This document shows positions 29,332-39,360 of a stretch of 64,000 bases of DNA, in pieces. How positions within the stretch are numbered: the stretch's first letter is position 1; each line of letters starts with the position of its first letter. The DNA comes from Bacillota bacterium (GTDB lineage: Bacteria; Bacillota_I; Bacilli_A; RF39; UBA660), in NCBI GenBank assembly GCA_015059195.1, contig SVAW01000003.1:30445-94444 (forward strand). Reading direction: 5' to 3'. The notes below the pieces were generated by a model. That model saw only the letters and a list, made by a program, of their open reading frames with translations, ran no database searches and was not told the DNA's origin. Made by a program: the position numbers and the translations under genes.

Positions 29332-30114
29332 ATGGAAATGAAGAAACTGAACGAAATATTACACGAATTAGGTATTTCAAAAGTAAAATTAGCAAAGTTT
29401 TTAGGTGTGTCTCGCCAAATGATATATAATTATTTGGAGTTAGACAGTATTAATAAATGGCCAAAAGATAAAAAGGTATTATTACTTAACTTGTTAGGGA
29501 TTAAAGCTCCTAATGAATTAGAAACAATTAAAATCGATACAGATTATATCATAGGTGTAGAAACTAGATTAAATAATCTTGTAGAAAATAAAAACCAACC
29601 CGCAGAAACAATTTCAATATTCGAAGGCCTAGGCCAAAATCAAAAAGAACTACTTAGTAATATCATCGATGTTATTAAAGAAAAGTTAGATGATGATAAA
29701 GATATTGAAGCATTTTATTCTATGAAATATTTATATAATTTTTTACAATCAATAGATACTTCACGTGAATTAAAATATATGTTAGCGTACGTAGCTAAAG
29801 CAGCAGGTTTTGAAAAACCAAATGAGTTTGTTTTTAACGAAGATGAACAATTTGTGTTTGAAAGCATATTATTCTCTGCTATGACATTATATAATGGGGG
29901 AGGAGCTTCTAAATCAAGACTAGCTGAATCTCATCGTCGTTTTGAGGCTCAAATTGAGCACAAAATGGAAGAAAGAATTAGTCGTACATTAGAATTAAAC
30001 ACCCTTAAAGTTCAGGCTTTGAAAGAGTTAAATTATTCCGTAATTAATGAAGAAAATGCTGCAGAAGTATTAGAAAAAATTGCAGAAATTCAATCAAGAA
30101 AAGTTGGAAATTAA
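29332..30114 (+). CDS. XRE-family HTH transcriptional regulator with about 200-aa C-terminal domain of unknown function
   Basis: N-terminal KLAKFLGVSRQMIYNYLE helix-turn-helix. RBS AGGAGG. Confidence 0.7.
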   Translation: MEMKKLNEILHELGISKVKLAKFLGVSRQMIYNYLELDSINKWPKDKKVLLLNLLGIKAPNELETIKIDTDYIIGVETRLNNLVENKNQPAETISIFEGLGQNQKELLSNIIDVIKEKLDDDKDIEAFYSMKYLYNFLQSIDTSRELKYMLAYVAKAAGFEKPNEFVFNEDEQFVFESILFSAMTLYNGGGASKSRLAESHRRFEAQIEHKMEERISRTLELNTLKVQALKELNYSVINEENAAEVLEKIAEIQSRKVGN

Positions 30115-30695
30115 AGAATAGAACCCCTATTCTTTTTTTGGATTTTAAAAATAGGGGAGCAATCGTAAATTATTACTTTTTTTAATCTAGGCATTTACCA
30201 GTAATATATATATTATATCGGGAATAATGTATAAATATTAGACCATAATAATAGTGGTTTACCATTAAAAAACATCAATAATCCCCCTATTATTATTAAA
30301 ATGAGAAGAGGAGACAAAAGTAAAATTAAACAAAAAAGTAGACGCATTTTAAGCGTTTTTTTCATTTAAAGGATGGGCAATTATTCATCCCAATTCATTA
30401 AAATAAACGATACAATTATCAAATATCCGATTAACATTAACGTAACAACTTAAAGTATTATAACTAATTACAATAGCAATGATTTATAAACATACTATAT
30501 TATTAATTTTAGCACCTAATAATGTTATTATTTATAGTATATCCAATCATTAAAAATCTACTAAAAGTAAAGAAAAATAACATAATTTAATATTATATAT
30601 TATTTTCGGATAATGAATATTATGTTAACTTCTATAAATAAATAATTATTTGTATATTTTAGGATTTTTAAACCATAATAATAATGGGTGATAAA

Positions 30696-30851
30696 ATGAA
30701 AGCGAATAAAAAGACAAATATGAATAATTCTTCTAAAACAAGTTATAATTGTAACACTAACAATAATAACGCTAGTAAGAATAATACTCAAAAAACAAAC
30801 AAAGCATCAGAAGCTAGTTCTAATGCTCGTAACTCTTTTGACTTTGAATAG
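30696..30851 (+). CDS. putative 51-aa Asn/Ser/Thr/Lys-rich small protein
   Basis: MKANKKTNMNNSSKTSYNCNTNNNNASKNNTQKTNKASEASSNARNSFDFE. RBS GGGTGAT. Intrinsic terminator GAAGC-ctatgc-GCTTC plus T6 at 30867-30893. Confidence 0.4.
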   Translation: MKANKKTNMNNSSKTSYNCNTNNNNASKNNTQKTNKASEASSNARNSFDFE

Positions 30852-30874
30852 TTTTTTGCCCAAAGAAAAGAAGC

Positions 30875-31135
30875 CTATGCGCTTCTTTTTGATTTATATT
30901 CTATTAATGCTTGGGCAATTTGATCTGGGCAAGAAGTGTCTTTTAATCCACACTTAACCCCCTTTAAATCTAAAATAACATCATCAATATTTTTCCCTTT
31001 TAATAGCCTACTAATTCCAAGTAAATTCCCAGGACATCCCCCAATAATTTTAATACTAAGAATACAATCATTTTCAATATCCATTATAATTTTTTTAGAA
31101 CAAACTCCTTTTGGTATAAATTCAAAACTTTCCAT
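30875..31135 (-). CDS. TSCPD-domain protein
   Basis: Contains the literal TSCPD motif (KDTSCPDQIAQAL) and GGCPGNLLGI. Start taken at the internal Met (MESFEF) after GGGGAAG; the ORF-track start 31186 is probably too long. Confidence 0.6.
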   Translation of the reverse strand: MESFEFIPKGVCSKKIIMDIENDCILSIKIIGGCPGNLLGISRLLKGKNIDDVILDLKGVKCGLKDTSCPDQIAQALIEYKSKRSA

Positions 31136-31172
31136 ACTACACTTCCCCACTCTTCTTAAATTATAACATGTT

Positions 31173-31922
31173 TTACCCAAAAACAAAATGATTTATCGCC
31201 ATAAATAATATTCCGATAGCAAAAAATAACAGTGTCGTTTTATAATTTTTATAGTTAAACGAAGTTGGTAATAATTCGAAAACAGCAATATGAGTCATAA
31301 TTCCTGCGATTAAAGACATTAATATACCCATGATAAAATCATTCATGAATGGTTTTAAAAATATAAACGCAAGTAAAGCTCCAAATGGTTCTGACATTCC
31401 AGATATAAAAGTATATAATAATGCTTTTCCCTTACTCTTCATCGAATAATAAATAGGTACGGCGATACTTACTCCTTCTGGGATGTTATGAAGAGCAATA
31501 GCAATAGTTAACGAAATTCCTAAGCTAATATCTGTACTAGTTGCCATAAAAGTTGCGATCCCTTCTGGAATGTTGTGTAGGATAATGGCTAACATTGATA
31601 TTATTCCTATTCTAAATAAACTATGTTTTGAGGAGGTTTCCTTATCAGGAAGGTATTTATCTATCATTATTGATAAAAACATCCCTAAGACCATAAAAAC
31701 AGTAATTAAAAGTATTTCTATATAACTTTTATAATTAAATAATTCTATTGCCTCAGGAATGAGGTCTAAAATAGAAACTATAAACATTACACCTGCTGCA
31801 AAAGCTAATGAACATACTACTACTTTATTTGTTTTTGTTTTAAAAAATATAAGCAGAGCTCCAATCATCGTAGAAAATCCAGCAATAAAGGTAAGTAAAA
31901 AACTATATAATGTAATATTCAT
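31173..31922 (-). CDS. zupT: ZIP-family zinc transporter
   Basis: 249 aa, 8 TM segments. Metal-binding HNIPEG motif repeated in TM4 and TM5. Confidence 0.8.
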   Translation of the reverse strand: MNITLYSFLLTFIAGFSTMIGALLIFFKTKTNKVVVCSLAFAAGVMFIVSILDLIPEAIELFNYKSYIEILLITVFMVLGMFLSIMIDKYLPDKETSSKHSLFRIGIISMLAIILHNIPEGIATFMATSTDISLGISLTIAIALHNIPEGVSIAVPIYYSMKSKGKALLYTFISGMSEPFGALLAFIFLKPFMNDFIMGILMSLIAGIMTHIAVFELLPTSFNYKNYKTTLLFFAIGILFMAINHFVFG

Positions 31923-31959
31923 ATGATCACCATTACATTATATAGTTTTAAGTTTTTAG

Positions 31960-33327
31960 TTATACCGTTTGAATTAAATTGTTAATAACAGCATTAAATT
32001 CTTCTTGTATTTCTAGCAGTCTATCTTCTGTTTCAGATTCGAAACGTACGGTTAAATTAGGACTAGTATTAGATACACGAATTAATGCCCAAGAATCATT
32101 AAATTCAACTCTAATACCGTCTATATCTTTAAATTTATAATTTTTTGTTTCACAATATTCTTTAACCTTATCTACTATTAAAAGTTTAACATCATCTCTT
32201 ACTGGTATTTTAATTTCCTGAGTAGAATAGTATTTATTCACACCATCTAAAAGATTACTTAGTTTTTTATCCGTGTGTGATAGAACTTCAATCATACGAA
32301 GTCCGCCGTATATTCCATCATCAAATCCCGGGAACTTATCTCTAAAGAACACGTGACCGGAATACTCCCCACCAAAATCAAAATTTCCTTTTTGCATCAT
32401 CATGTTCGAATATGAATTGCCTGTTCTATACATTACTGGTTCAATATTAAGTTTTTCAAGCTCATCTATTAAAGTTTTAGAACATTTCACATCAAATAAA
32501 GCTTTTCTGTTTTTTAAATTTTTATTTAAATAACGATACATAATTAATAAATAGATGTCTGCATCAATCGGGTTTCCGTTTTCTAATACAATTCCTACTC
32601 TATCCGCATCTCCATCAATACCAACGCCAAGATCATATCCTAATTCCTTTACGGCTTTCCCTAAAGTCCTTTGATTTTCATGTACGGAAGGATCTGGATG
32701 ATGATTAGGAAAATTTCCGTCGCTTTCGCAATACAATAACTTGTATTCTATATTAGGTATTCTATCTAATATTTTTTTTATTATAATAGAGCCAGCCCCA
32801 TTACCACAGTCATAAACCACTTTAATTTTTCTATTCCCTAAATCGATAGAAGAAACTAATAAGTTAATATATTCTTCCTCTAAATCTACATCCTCTATTA
32901 TACCTTGTCCTTCAGAAAAATCTCCTCTAAAAGTATAGTCTTTAAATTCTTGAATAGCTTCACCATAGGCATTACCTTCTTTAACAAAGGCAATCTTAAA
33001 ACCATTATATTCACGAGGATTGTGACTCGCCGTAACCATAATGCCGGTATTTGAATTCAAATTTTTACGCATAAAATAATACATTGGTGTTGTAACTAGC
33101 CCTAGCCTATATACATTCACACCAGAATCATTAATGCCTTTAATTAGATTCTCACTTAATTCAGGAGAAGATAAGCGATTATCATGCCCAACTACAGTCC
33201 ACTCTTCCCCTTTTTCTTTAATATAACTACCAAAACTTCTACCAATTGTGTAAGCTCCAGCAAAATCTATTTCATCATTAACTATTCCTCTTAAATCATA
33301 TTCCCTAAATATATTCTCTTTTATCAT
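31960..33327 (-). CDS. alpha-D-phosphohexomutase (phosphoglucomutase/phosphomannomutase family)
   Basis: Active-site phosphoserine loop TASHNP, metal-binding loop DGDADR, and sugar-binding GEYSGH. Confidence 0.85.
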   Translation of the reverse strand: MIKENIFREYDLRGIVNDEIDFAGAYTIGRSFGSYIKEKGEEWTVVGHDNRLSSPELSENLIKGINDSGVNVYRLGLVTTPMYYFMRKNLNSNTGIMVTASHNPREYNGFKIAFVKEGNAYGEAIQEFKDYTFRGDFSEGQGIIEDVDLEEEYINLLVSSIDLGNRKIKVVYDCGNGAGSIIIKKILDRIPNIEYKLLYCESDGNFPNHHPDPSVHENQRTLGKAVKELGYDLGVGIDGDADRVGIVLENGNPIDADIYLLIMYRYLNKNLKNRKALFDVKCSKTLIDELEKLNIEPVMYRTGNSYSNMMMQKGNFDFGGEYSGHVFFRDKFPGFDDGIYGGLRMIEVLSHTDKKLSNLLDGVNKYYSTQEIKIPVRDDVKLLIVDKVKEYCETKNYKFKDIDGIRVEFNDSWALIRVSNTSPNLTVRFESETEDRLLEIQEEFNAVINNLIQTV

Positions 33328-33339
33328 AATTAATCCTTT

Positions 33340-34236
33340 CTAATTATCCCCATGAGGATGAGCATTATTATAATTTTCTTTTAAGTGTTCACTAGAAACA
33401 TGTGTGTATATTTGAGTTGTAGAAATATTAGAATGACCCAACATTTCTTGAATACTACGTAAATCTGCCCCATAATCTAGTAAATGAGTTGCGAAAGAAT
33501 GTCTTAATGTATGTGGTGAAAGTGATGTTTTAATATCCTTTTCTATAGCTAAAGTTTTAATAATTTTAAAAAATCCTTGTCTTGTCATTGGTAGCCCATG
33601 ATTGTTTACAAATATAAAATCATGATACTTATTTTTCATCATCTCACTACGATATTCCAATATATATTTTCTTATATAATAAATGGAATAGTCGTTAATT
33701 GGAATAATTCTTTCTTTATTTCCTTTACCCATCGTTCTGACAAAACAGTTTTCAAAATCAATATCATTTATCTTTAGATGAACTAATTCACTAACTCTAA
33801 GCCCTGTCGCATACATAAGTTCCAGCATCGCTTTATTTCTATAACTATAATTATCTTTTAAATTAATATCTAATAATGTTTCTACTTCTTCTTTGGAAAG
33901 TGCAGTTGGCAAGGTCTTTTTTAATTTTGGTAACTCCAAAAATTCGGATGGATTTATATCTATAATTTTTTCAATAAGCAAAAACTTATAAAAAGTTCTT
34001 ATAGCAGACACATTATGTGCTAAAGAACGATCACTAATTTTAGATTGTTTCATATGATGTAAATATTCCTTAATATCCGTATTCTTAATATTTTCAATAT
34101 TTAAATTTTTATCTTTAAAAAAATCTAAATATTTTTTTATTTCTATATGATATGACTCCACAGTAAGATTGCTGTACTTTTTGTCGATTTTTAAATAGTC
34201 ACAAAAATCATTTAATAAACTATCATATTCGTTCAT
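33340..34236 (-). CDS. xerD: tyrosine site-specific recombinase XerD-like
   Basis: C-terminal catalytic region HTLRHSFATHLL...LGHSNISTTQIYTHV (R-H-R-Y family). N-terminal SAM-like core-binding domain. Confidence 0.8.
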   Translation of the reverse strand: MNEYDSLLNDFCDYLKIDKKYSNLTVESYHIEIKKYLDFFKDKNLNIENIKNTDIKEYLHHMKQSKISDRSLAHNVSAIRTFYKFLLIEKIIDINPSEFLELPKLKKTLPTALSKEEVETLLDINLKDNYSYRNKAMLELMYATGLRVSELVHLKINDIDFENCFVRTMGKGNKERIIPINDYSIYYIRKYILEYRSEMMKNKYHDFIFVNNHGLPMTRQGFFKIIKTLAIEKDIKTSLSPHTLRHSFATHLLDYGADLRSIQEMLGHSNISTTQIYTHVSSEHLKENYNNAHPHGDN

Positions 34237-34285
34237 TCTACCACCTATTATAATTATATCATTTTTTATAACAAAAAAACAGATA

Positions 34286-35224
34286 TTATCTGTTTTGGAA
34301 TCTAGTAGTCATTTGCTTAATAAACACATTTCTATCTGATAACGAACGTTGTTTGATTTTAGCCAATATCTCTATCGACAAATCCCTTCCAAGCATACTT
34401 TTACAATAATCATCAAAATAGTTTATACCAAGTACATAAAAATAATTTGCTAACTTAGTTGTATAAGTATCAAAAGATATATCTTTATTCATTAATCTAT
34501 CCAATGTGTTTTTTAAATAAAGTGAAAACAATAAATGGCTATCTCTACGACATAGTTTGCCTGTTTTCAGTGGTTTGTTGTTTTCTAAAAATTTTAAAAT
34601 CTGCTCTTTAGAACCATATTTTACTAGTCCATTAATAACACTACCTAAATCTACACTAAAGTATGATTTTAACATTAATTGTGGTCCTACAATTTCTTCT
34701 ATTATCTCGGCTATTTTGACTTGGATTGAACTCCCAAAAAATAAATCGTCTTCAACAAAATATCGTTTGACTAGTAAATGCGTATATCCTTCATTTAAAG
34801 TTTGCCCAATATTAATACGTTTATCCCAGGTCACTTGATTAAAACCACACAATATTTGCTCATTCTTATAATCTACAAGAGTACTCGCGGCATGTAAAAA
34901 TTCATGATCCATATCTGTTGAACTACTCAAATCATCATAATGAATTTCATTTGCTACAGTATTATATGCTGCTTTAACTTTATTAAAATTTCTTGCTTTA
35001 TAAGCTCTAAACCACGGATCATTTTTTAGTATTCTTAAACTTCTTAAGTTATGAAAGAAGATATTTAAATCAATCCCATTTTTTGGCCCTAATATTGATA
35101 TAAAATTTAACATTTCATCATGACATGGCGTTGTTCTAACTCGTTCCATTAAAATCTTGCGTTCATCATCTAATACTTTAGGCATGGAAACACTGGATGT
35201 CTCAATATATCTCATTTTTTGCAT
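34286..35224 (-). CDS. hypothetical protein with HExxH (zincin-like) motif
   Basis: 312 aa. HEFLHAAS is the only recognisable motif. No TM segments. Confidence 0.45.
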   Translation of the reverse strand: MQKMRYIETSSVSMPKVLDDERKILMERVRTTPCHDEMLNFISILGPKNGIDLNIFFHNLRSLRILKNDPWFRAYKARNFNKVKAAYNTVANEIHYDDLSSSTDMDHEFLHAASTLVDYKNEQILCGFNQVTWDKRINIGQTLNEGYTHLLVKRYFVEDDLFFGSSIQVKIAEIIEEIVGPQLMLKSYFSVDLGSVINGLVKYGSKEQILKFLENNKPLKTGKLCRRDSHLLFSLYLKNTLDRLMNKDISFDTYTTKLANYFYVLGINYFDDYCKSMLGRDLSIEILAKIKQRSLSDRNVFIKQMTTRFQNR

Positions 35225-35307
35225 AATAACTCACCTAACCTGGCGTATATCATATCAAAAATTAATGTTTTTTGCAAATTTATGATACAATATATATGGT
35301 GATTAAT

Positions 35308-36519
35308 ATGAACGAACCATTAGCTATCAAACTACGCCCAAAATGCTTAAACGACATTGTTGGACAAGAACATCTAGTTGGTGAAAACAAAGTAATATAT
35401 AACATGGTTAAAAACAAGCGACTTTTTTCAATGATTTTATATGGCAAACCAGGAATTGGGAAGACTACAATTGCAACCACCATTGTAGAAGAGCTTGGTT
35501 TAAGATATAGATTACTAAACGCAGTTATCAATAACAAAAAAGACTTTGACACAGTAGTTGAAGAGGCTAAAATGTATGGAAACATGGTGGTTATCATGGA
35601 CGAAATTCACCGTTTAAATAAAGATAAACAAGACCTATTGTTACCATATTTAGAAAATGGATTAATAACGTTAATAGGAATGACTACTTCCAATCCATAT
35701 CATAAAATAAACCCTGCGATTAGAAGTCGTTGTCAAATATTTGAACTGCATGAGTTAACTGTAGATAACGTAATTACTGCATTAAAGAAAGCTATCAATC
35801 ATGAACTGTTAGACAGTATCAGTATTAAAGATGATGCTTTAAAACATATAGCAACTCTTTCTGGTGGCGACTTAAGATTCGCATACAATTTATTAGAAGT
35901 TTCTTATTACTCCGCAAGTGATAAAAATGTGACTATAGATGTAATTAAAACAATAAACTCAAAACCCGTGTTTTTTCATGATAAGAATGAAGATGGGCAC
36001 TACGATGTTATCAGTGCATTTCAAAAAAGTATTAGAGGTAGCGATGTAAACGCTGCTCTTCACTATTTAGCAAGACTAATTGAAGCCGAAGATTTAGATA
36101 TTATATTCCGCAGAATGAGCGTTATTGCTTATGAAGATATTGGGCTTGCTAATCCTAGTATTGGTCCAAAGGTTGACTCTTGCATAAATGCCTGCGAAAG
36201 ATTAGGGCTACCAGAAGCTAGAATACCTCTGGCTGCAACAGTAATTGAAATGGCTTTATCTCCTAAATCCAATAGTGCCGAAATGGCTATTGATGCTGCA
36301 TTAAATGATGTTAGAAGTGGAAACACCGGAAATGTCCCTAATCACATTAAAACTAGCTCTAATGACTATTTATATCCTCATAACTATCCTAATGGTTGGG
36401 TAAAACAACAATATTTGCCTGACAATATTAAAGATAAAAAATATTATCAACCAAAAACAACAAGTAAATACGAGGAATCATTAAAAAATGTATATGATAA
36501 AATCAGCCAAAACAAATAA
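35308..36519 (+). CDS. rarA: recombination factor RarA/MgsA (AAA+ ATPase)
   Basis: LAIKLRPKCLNDIVGQEHL N-terminus, Walker A GKPGIGKTT, Walker B VVIMDEIHR. Start placed at ATG 35308; the ORF-track TTG at 35272 is unlikely. Confidence 0.85.
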   Translation: MNEPLAIKLRPKCLNDIVGQEHLVGENKVIYNMVKNKRLFSMILYGKPGIGKTTIATTIVEELGLRYRLLNAVINNKKDFDTVVEEAKMYGNMVVIMDEIHRLNKDKQDLLLPYLENGLITLIGMTTSNPYHKINPAIRSRCQIFELHELTVDNVITALKKAINHELLDSISIKDDALKHIATLSGGDLRFAYNLLEVSYYSASDKNVTIDVIKTINSKPVFFHDKNEDGHYDVISAFQKSIRGSDVNAALHYLARLIEAEDLDIIFRRMSVIAYEDIGLANPSIGPKVDSCINACERLGLPEARIPLAATVIEMALSPKSNSAEMAIDAALNDVRSGNTGNVPNHIKTSSNDYLYPHNYPNGWVKQQYLPDNIKDKKYYQPKTTSKYEESLKNVYDKISQNK

Positions 36520-36542
36520 ACGATTAGAATACTCTAATCGTT

Positions 36543-37484
36543 TTAATTTATAGCCTCTAATATAAATAGTTCTAATCCAAGTCCAGCATCAATATTTCCA
36601 ATTTTAATATCATAGTCTAAATCTGCTAACTCAGATAAATAATGTAATAATCCTTCTGAATTATAATTCCTACATTTTTCTAAGGCTAATTTAATTCTAT
36701 ATGGATGAATTCCTATCATTCCTGCAATATCATTACCACTATAGCCTTTTTTATATAATTCCTTAGCCTGATACATTATTCTAAATTGGTTAGCTAGTAT
36801 TACTAAAATTTTAATTGGTTCTTCGCCATTTTTTAACATTTCATTATATGTTTCTATAGCCATTTTATTTTTATTAATTAACATATCGATAAAATTAAAA
36901 ATATCTATATCTATATTTTTAGTAGTGAGATTTAATATATCTTCTCTGGTAATTTTTTTCTCTTCATCTTTATATGCTTTTATTTTCGCAATTTCTTGAG
37001 ATAATATTTCTAGATTGTTCCCTACTCTATCAATTAACAAATTTAGTTCCGGAAAAGCTATGTCATAATCATCAAACATATCTTTTACTATATGATTAAT
37101 ATTTCCACTTTTATTAAACTCTTTAACAGAACCAATTTTTCTAATTTCTTTAACTAATTTTTTTCTTTCATCTAACTTTTCATGTATAACATTAAATATG
37201 AAAATGGTATCAGGATTTATATTTTTAAAATATTCCAAAAATATTTCTGGATAAGATTCATTTTTAACGTTCTTACCAGTAAATATATAGCTATTATCTA
37301 CTAAAATAGCTTTTTTATCTCCAAACATAGAAGGCGTTTGCGCATCATCTATAATATCTTTAAAACCAGATTCTTCTAAATTGTAATTACTAGTGTTTAT
37401 TGGCTCAATAGAATATGATTCTAATATTTTGCTGATTTCCTTATTAATTAAATATTTTTCTAAACCAAATAATAAATACACCAT
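36543..37484 (-). CDS. holA: DNA polymerase III delta subunit
   Basis: 313 aa. Size and order (next to rarA) and weak delta-subunit pattern (LLFGLEKYLI N-terminus). Confidence 0.65.
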   Translation of the reverse strand: MVYLLFGLEKYLINKEISKILESYSIEPINTSNYNLEESGFKDIIDDAQTPSMFGDKKAILVDNSYIFTGKNVKNESYPEIFLEYFKNINPDTIFIFNVIHEKLDERKKLVKEIRKIGSVKEFNKSGNINHIVKDMFDDYDIAFPELNLLIDRVGNNLEILSQEIAKIKAYKDEEKKITREDILNLTTKNIDIDIFNFIDMLINKNKMAIETYNEMLKNGEEPIKILVILANQFRIMYQAKELYKKGYSGNDIAGMIGIHPYRIKLALEKCRNYNSEGLLHYLSELADLDYDIKIGNIDAGLGLELFILEAIN

Positions 37485-37551
37485 ACTATCACCACATTCT
37501 ATAATTAATTATATCAAAAAAACGAGTATTGTCATACTCATTTTTAAATTT

Positions 37552-39360
37552 TTAAACTTCTTCAAATTGTGAATTGTAAAGATTTGCATAAAAGCCATTT
37601 TTGTTTAATAACTCTTTATGATTACCTTGCTCTACAATATCTCCTTCGTTCATAACCAATATTAAGTCGGCATTTTTAATAGTAGATAGTCTATGAGCAA
37701 TAATAAAGCTGGTTCTACCCTCCATTAACTTATCCATTGCTTTTTGAATTAATATTTCTGTTCTCGTGTCTACACTACTAGTCGCCTCGTCTAAAATAAG
37801 TATCTTAGGATCAGCCAAAATAACTCTAGCAATAGTTAAAAGTTGTTTTTGCCCGCCAGAAATATTATCTGCTTCTTCGTTCAATACCATATTATAATTA
37901 TCAGGTAGTGTCTTGATAAAATGATCAACGTTAGCTGTTTTACAAGCCTCAATAACGTCATTATCGCTAGCATCTAACTTTCCATATCTAATGTTGTCTT
38001 TGATAGTTCCATTAAATAACCATGTATCTTGTAAAACCATACCAAAAAGGCTTCTAAGTTCACTTCTACTAATATCATTAATATTGTGTCCATCTATTAA
38101 AATGTTCCCACTATTAACATCATAAAAACGCATTAACAACTTAATAATTGTACTTTTGCCTGCACCAGTAGGACCTACTATCGCGATTTTTTGTCCTTTT
38201 TCAACTTTAGCATTAAAATCATTAATAACAATTTTGTTTTCATTATATCCAAATTTTACATTCTTAAATTCTATATTTCCTTTGATACTTTCAAGATTAA
38301 TATCTATTGTTTTGGTTTCAACCTCTTCCGGTTCATCTAAAAATTCAAATACTCTTTCACTAGCTGCCGTAGCAGATTGTACTAAACTTACTACTTGCGC
38401 TAATTGATTAATTTGGTTAGTTAAATTCTTAACATATTTAGCAAATGATAAAATATCCCCTACTTGAATACGATTTTTAGCAGTCATATATCCACCCAAC
38501 ACACTAGTAACTACAAGACCCAAGTTACCAATAAAACCCATGATTGGGTGCATCATAGTTCCAAGGAATTGACTTTTCCAAGCACTACTATACAAAACAT
38601 GATTCATATCATCAAAAGTATTTATTACTTTTTCCTCACCATTAAAAGCTTTTACAATATCATGCCCACCGTAAATTTCTTCTATGTGACCATTAATTCT
38701 TCCCAGTGATGCTTGTTGCTCATCAAAATACCTTTGACTTCTTTGAACAATTTTACTAACAATTCCCATGCAAAAAGGTAAAATTAATACAGATACAATT
38801 GTCATAGGAATATTAATTGATATCATCATAATTAAAACTCCTATTATTGTCGCAATTCCAGAAATAATTTGGGTAATACATTGATTTAGACTTTGCGATA
38901 GCGTATCTATATCATTGGTTACTATTGATAATATTTCTCCATGTGTTTTTTGATCAAAATACTTTATAGGAAGTCTATTAATTTTTTCACTCATCTCTTT
39001 ACGAAGCCTATATGATATTTTATTAGAAACACCATTCATTATTACTCCTTGAATAAAAGAGAAGAATAGACTTAATACATATAAAAATATTAGTGTCAAA
39101 CAGATTTGACCAATTTTTACAAAGTTGATTCCTCCAACATTCATAATTTTTAACATCAAACCTGCGTATATCTCAGTAGTCATGTCTCCTAAAATTTTAG
39201 GACCAATTATATTAAAAATTGTAGAGCCAATAGCAAAAATAATTACAAAAAATATTCCGATTTTATACTCTTTAAGGTAAGAAATTAGTCGTTTTATGCT
39301 TTTTATTAAATCCTTAGGCTTTTCTATCATTCCACGGTTATGTTTTCCTCTATGATTCAT
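37552..39360 (-). CDS. ABC exporter, fused permease/ATP-binding subunit (type I exporter, heterodimer partner)
   Basis: 6-TM domain then NBD with GPTGAGKST, LSGGQKQLLTIARV, ILILDEATSSVD. Confidence 0.85.
   Translation of the reverse strand: MNHRGKHNRGMIEKPKDLIKSIKRLISYLKEYKIGIFFVIIFAIGSTIFNIIGPKILGDMTTEIYAGLMLKIMNVGGINFVKIGQICLTLIFLYVLSLFFSFIQGVIMNGVSNKISYRLRKEMSEKINRLPIKYFDQKTHGEILSIVTNDIDTLSQSLNQCITQIISGIATIIGVLIMMISINIPMTIVSVLILPFCMGIVSKIVQRSQRYFDEQQASLGRINGHIEEIYGGHDIVKAFNGEEKVINTFDDMNHVLYSSAWKSQFLGTMMHPIMGFIGNLGLVVTSVLGGYMTAKNRIQVGDILSFAKYVKNLTNQINQLAQVVSLVQSATAASERVFEFLDEPEEVETKTIDINLESIKGNIEFKNVKFGYNENKIVINDFNAKVEKGQKIAIVGPTGAGKSTIIKLLMRFYDVNSGNILIDGHNINDISRSELRSLFGMVLQDTWLFNGTIKDNIRYGKLDASDNDVIEACKTANVDHFIKTLPDNYNMVLNEEADNISGGQKQLLTIARVILADPKILILDEATSSVDTRTEILIQKAMDKLMEGRTSFIIAHRLSTIKNADLILVMNEGDIVEQGNHKELLNKNGFYANLYNSQFEEV

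Noticed and set aside
30213-30365. 50-aa highly hydrophobic peptide ORF on the minus strand (MKKTLKMRLLFCLILLLSPLLILIIIGG...), type-I-toxin-like.
   Set aside because: No Shine-Dalgarno sequence upstream (ccatcctttaaATG) and no obvious promoter. AT-rich sequence readily yields such frames, so it is not called without expression data.
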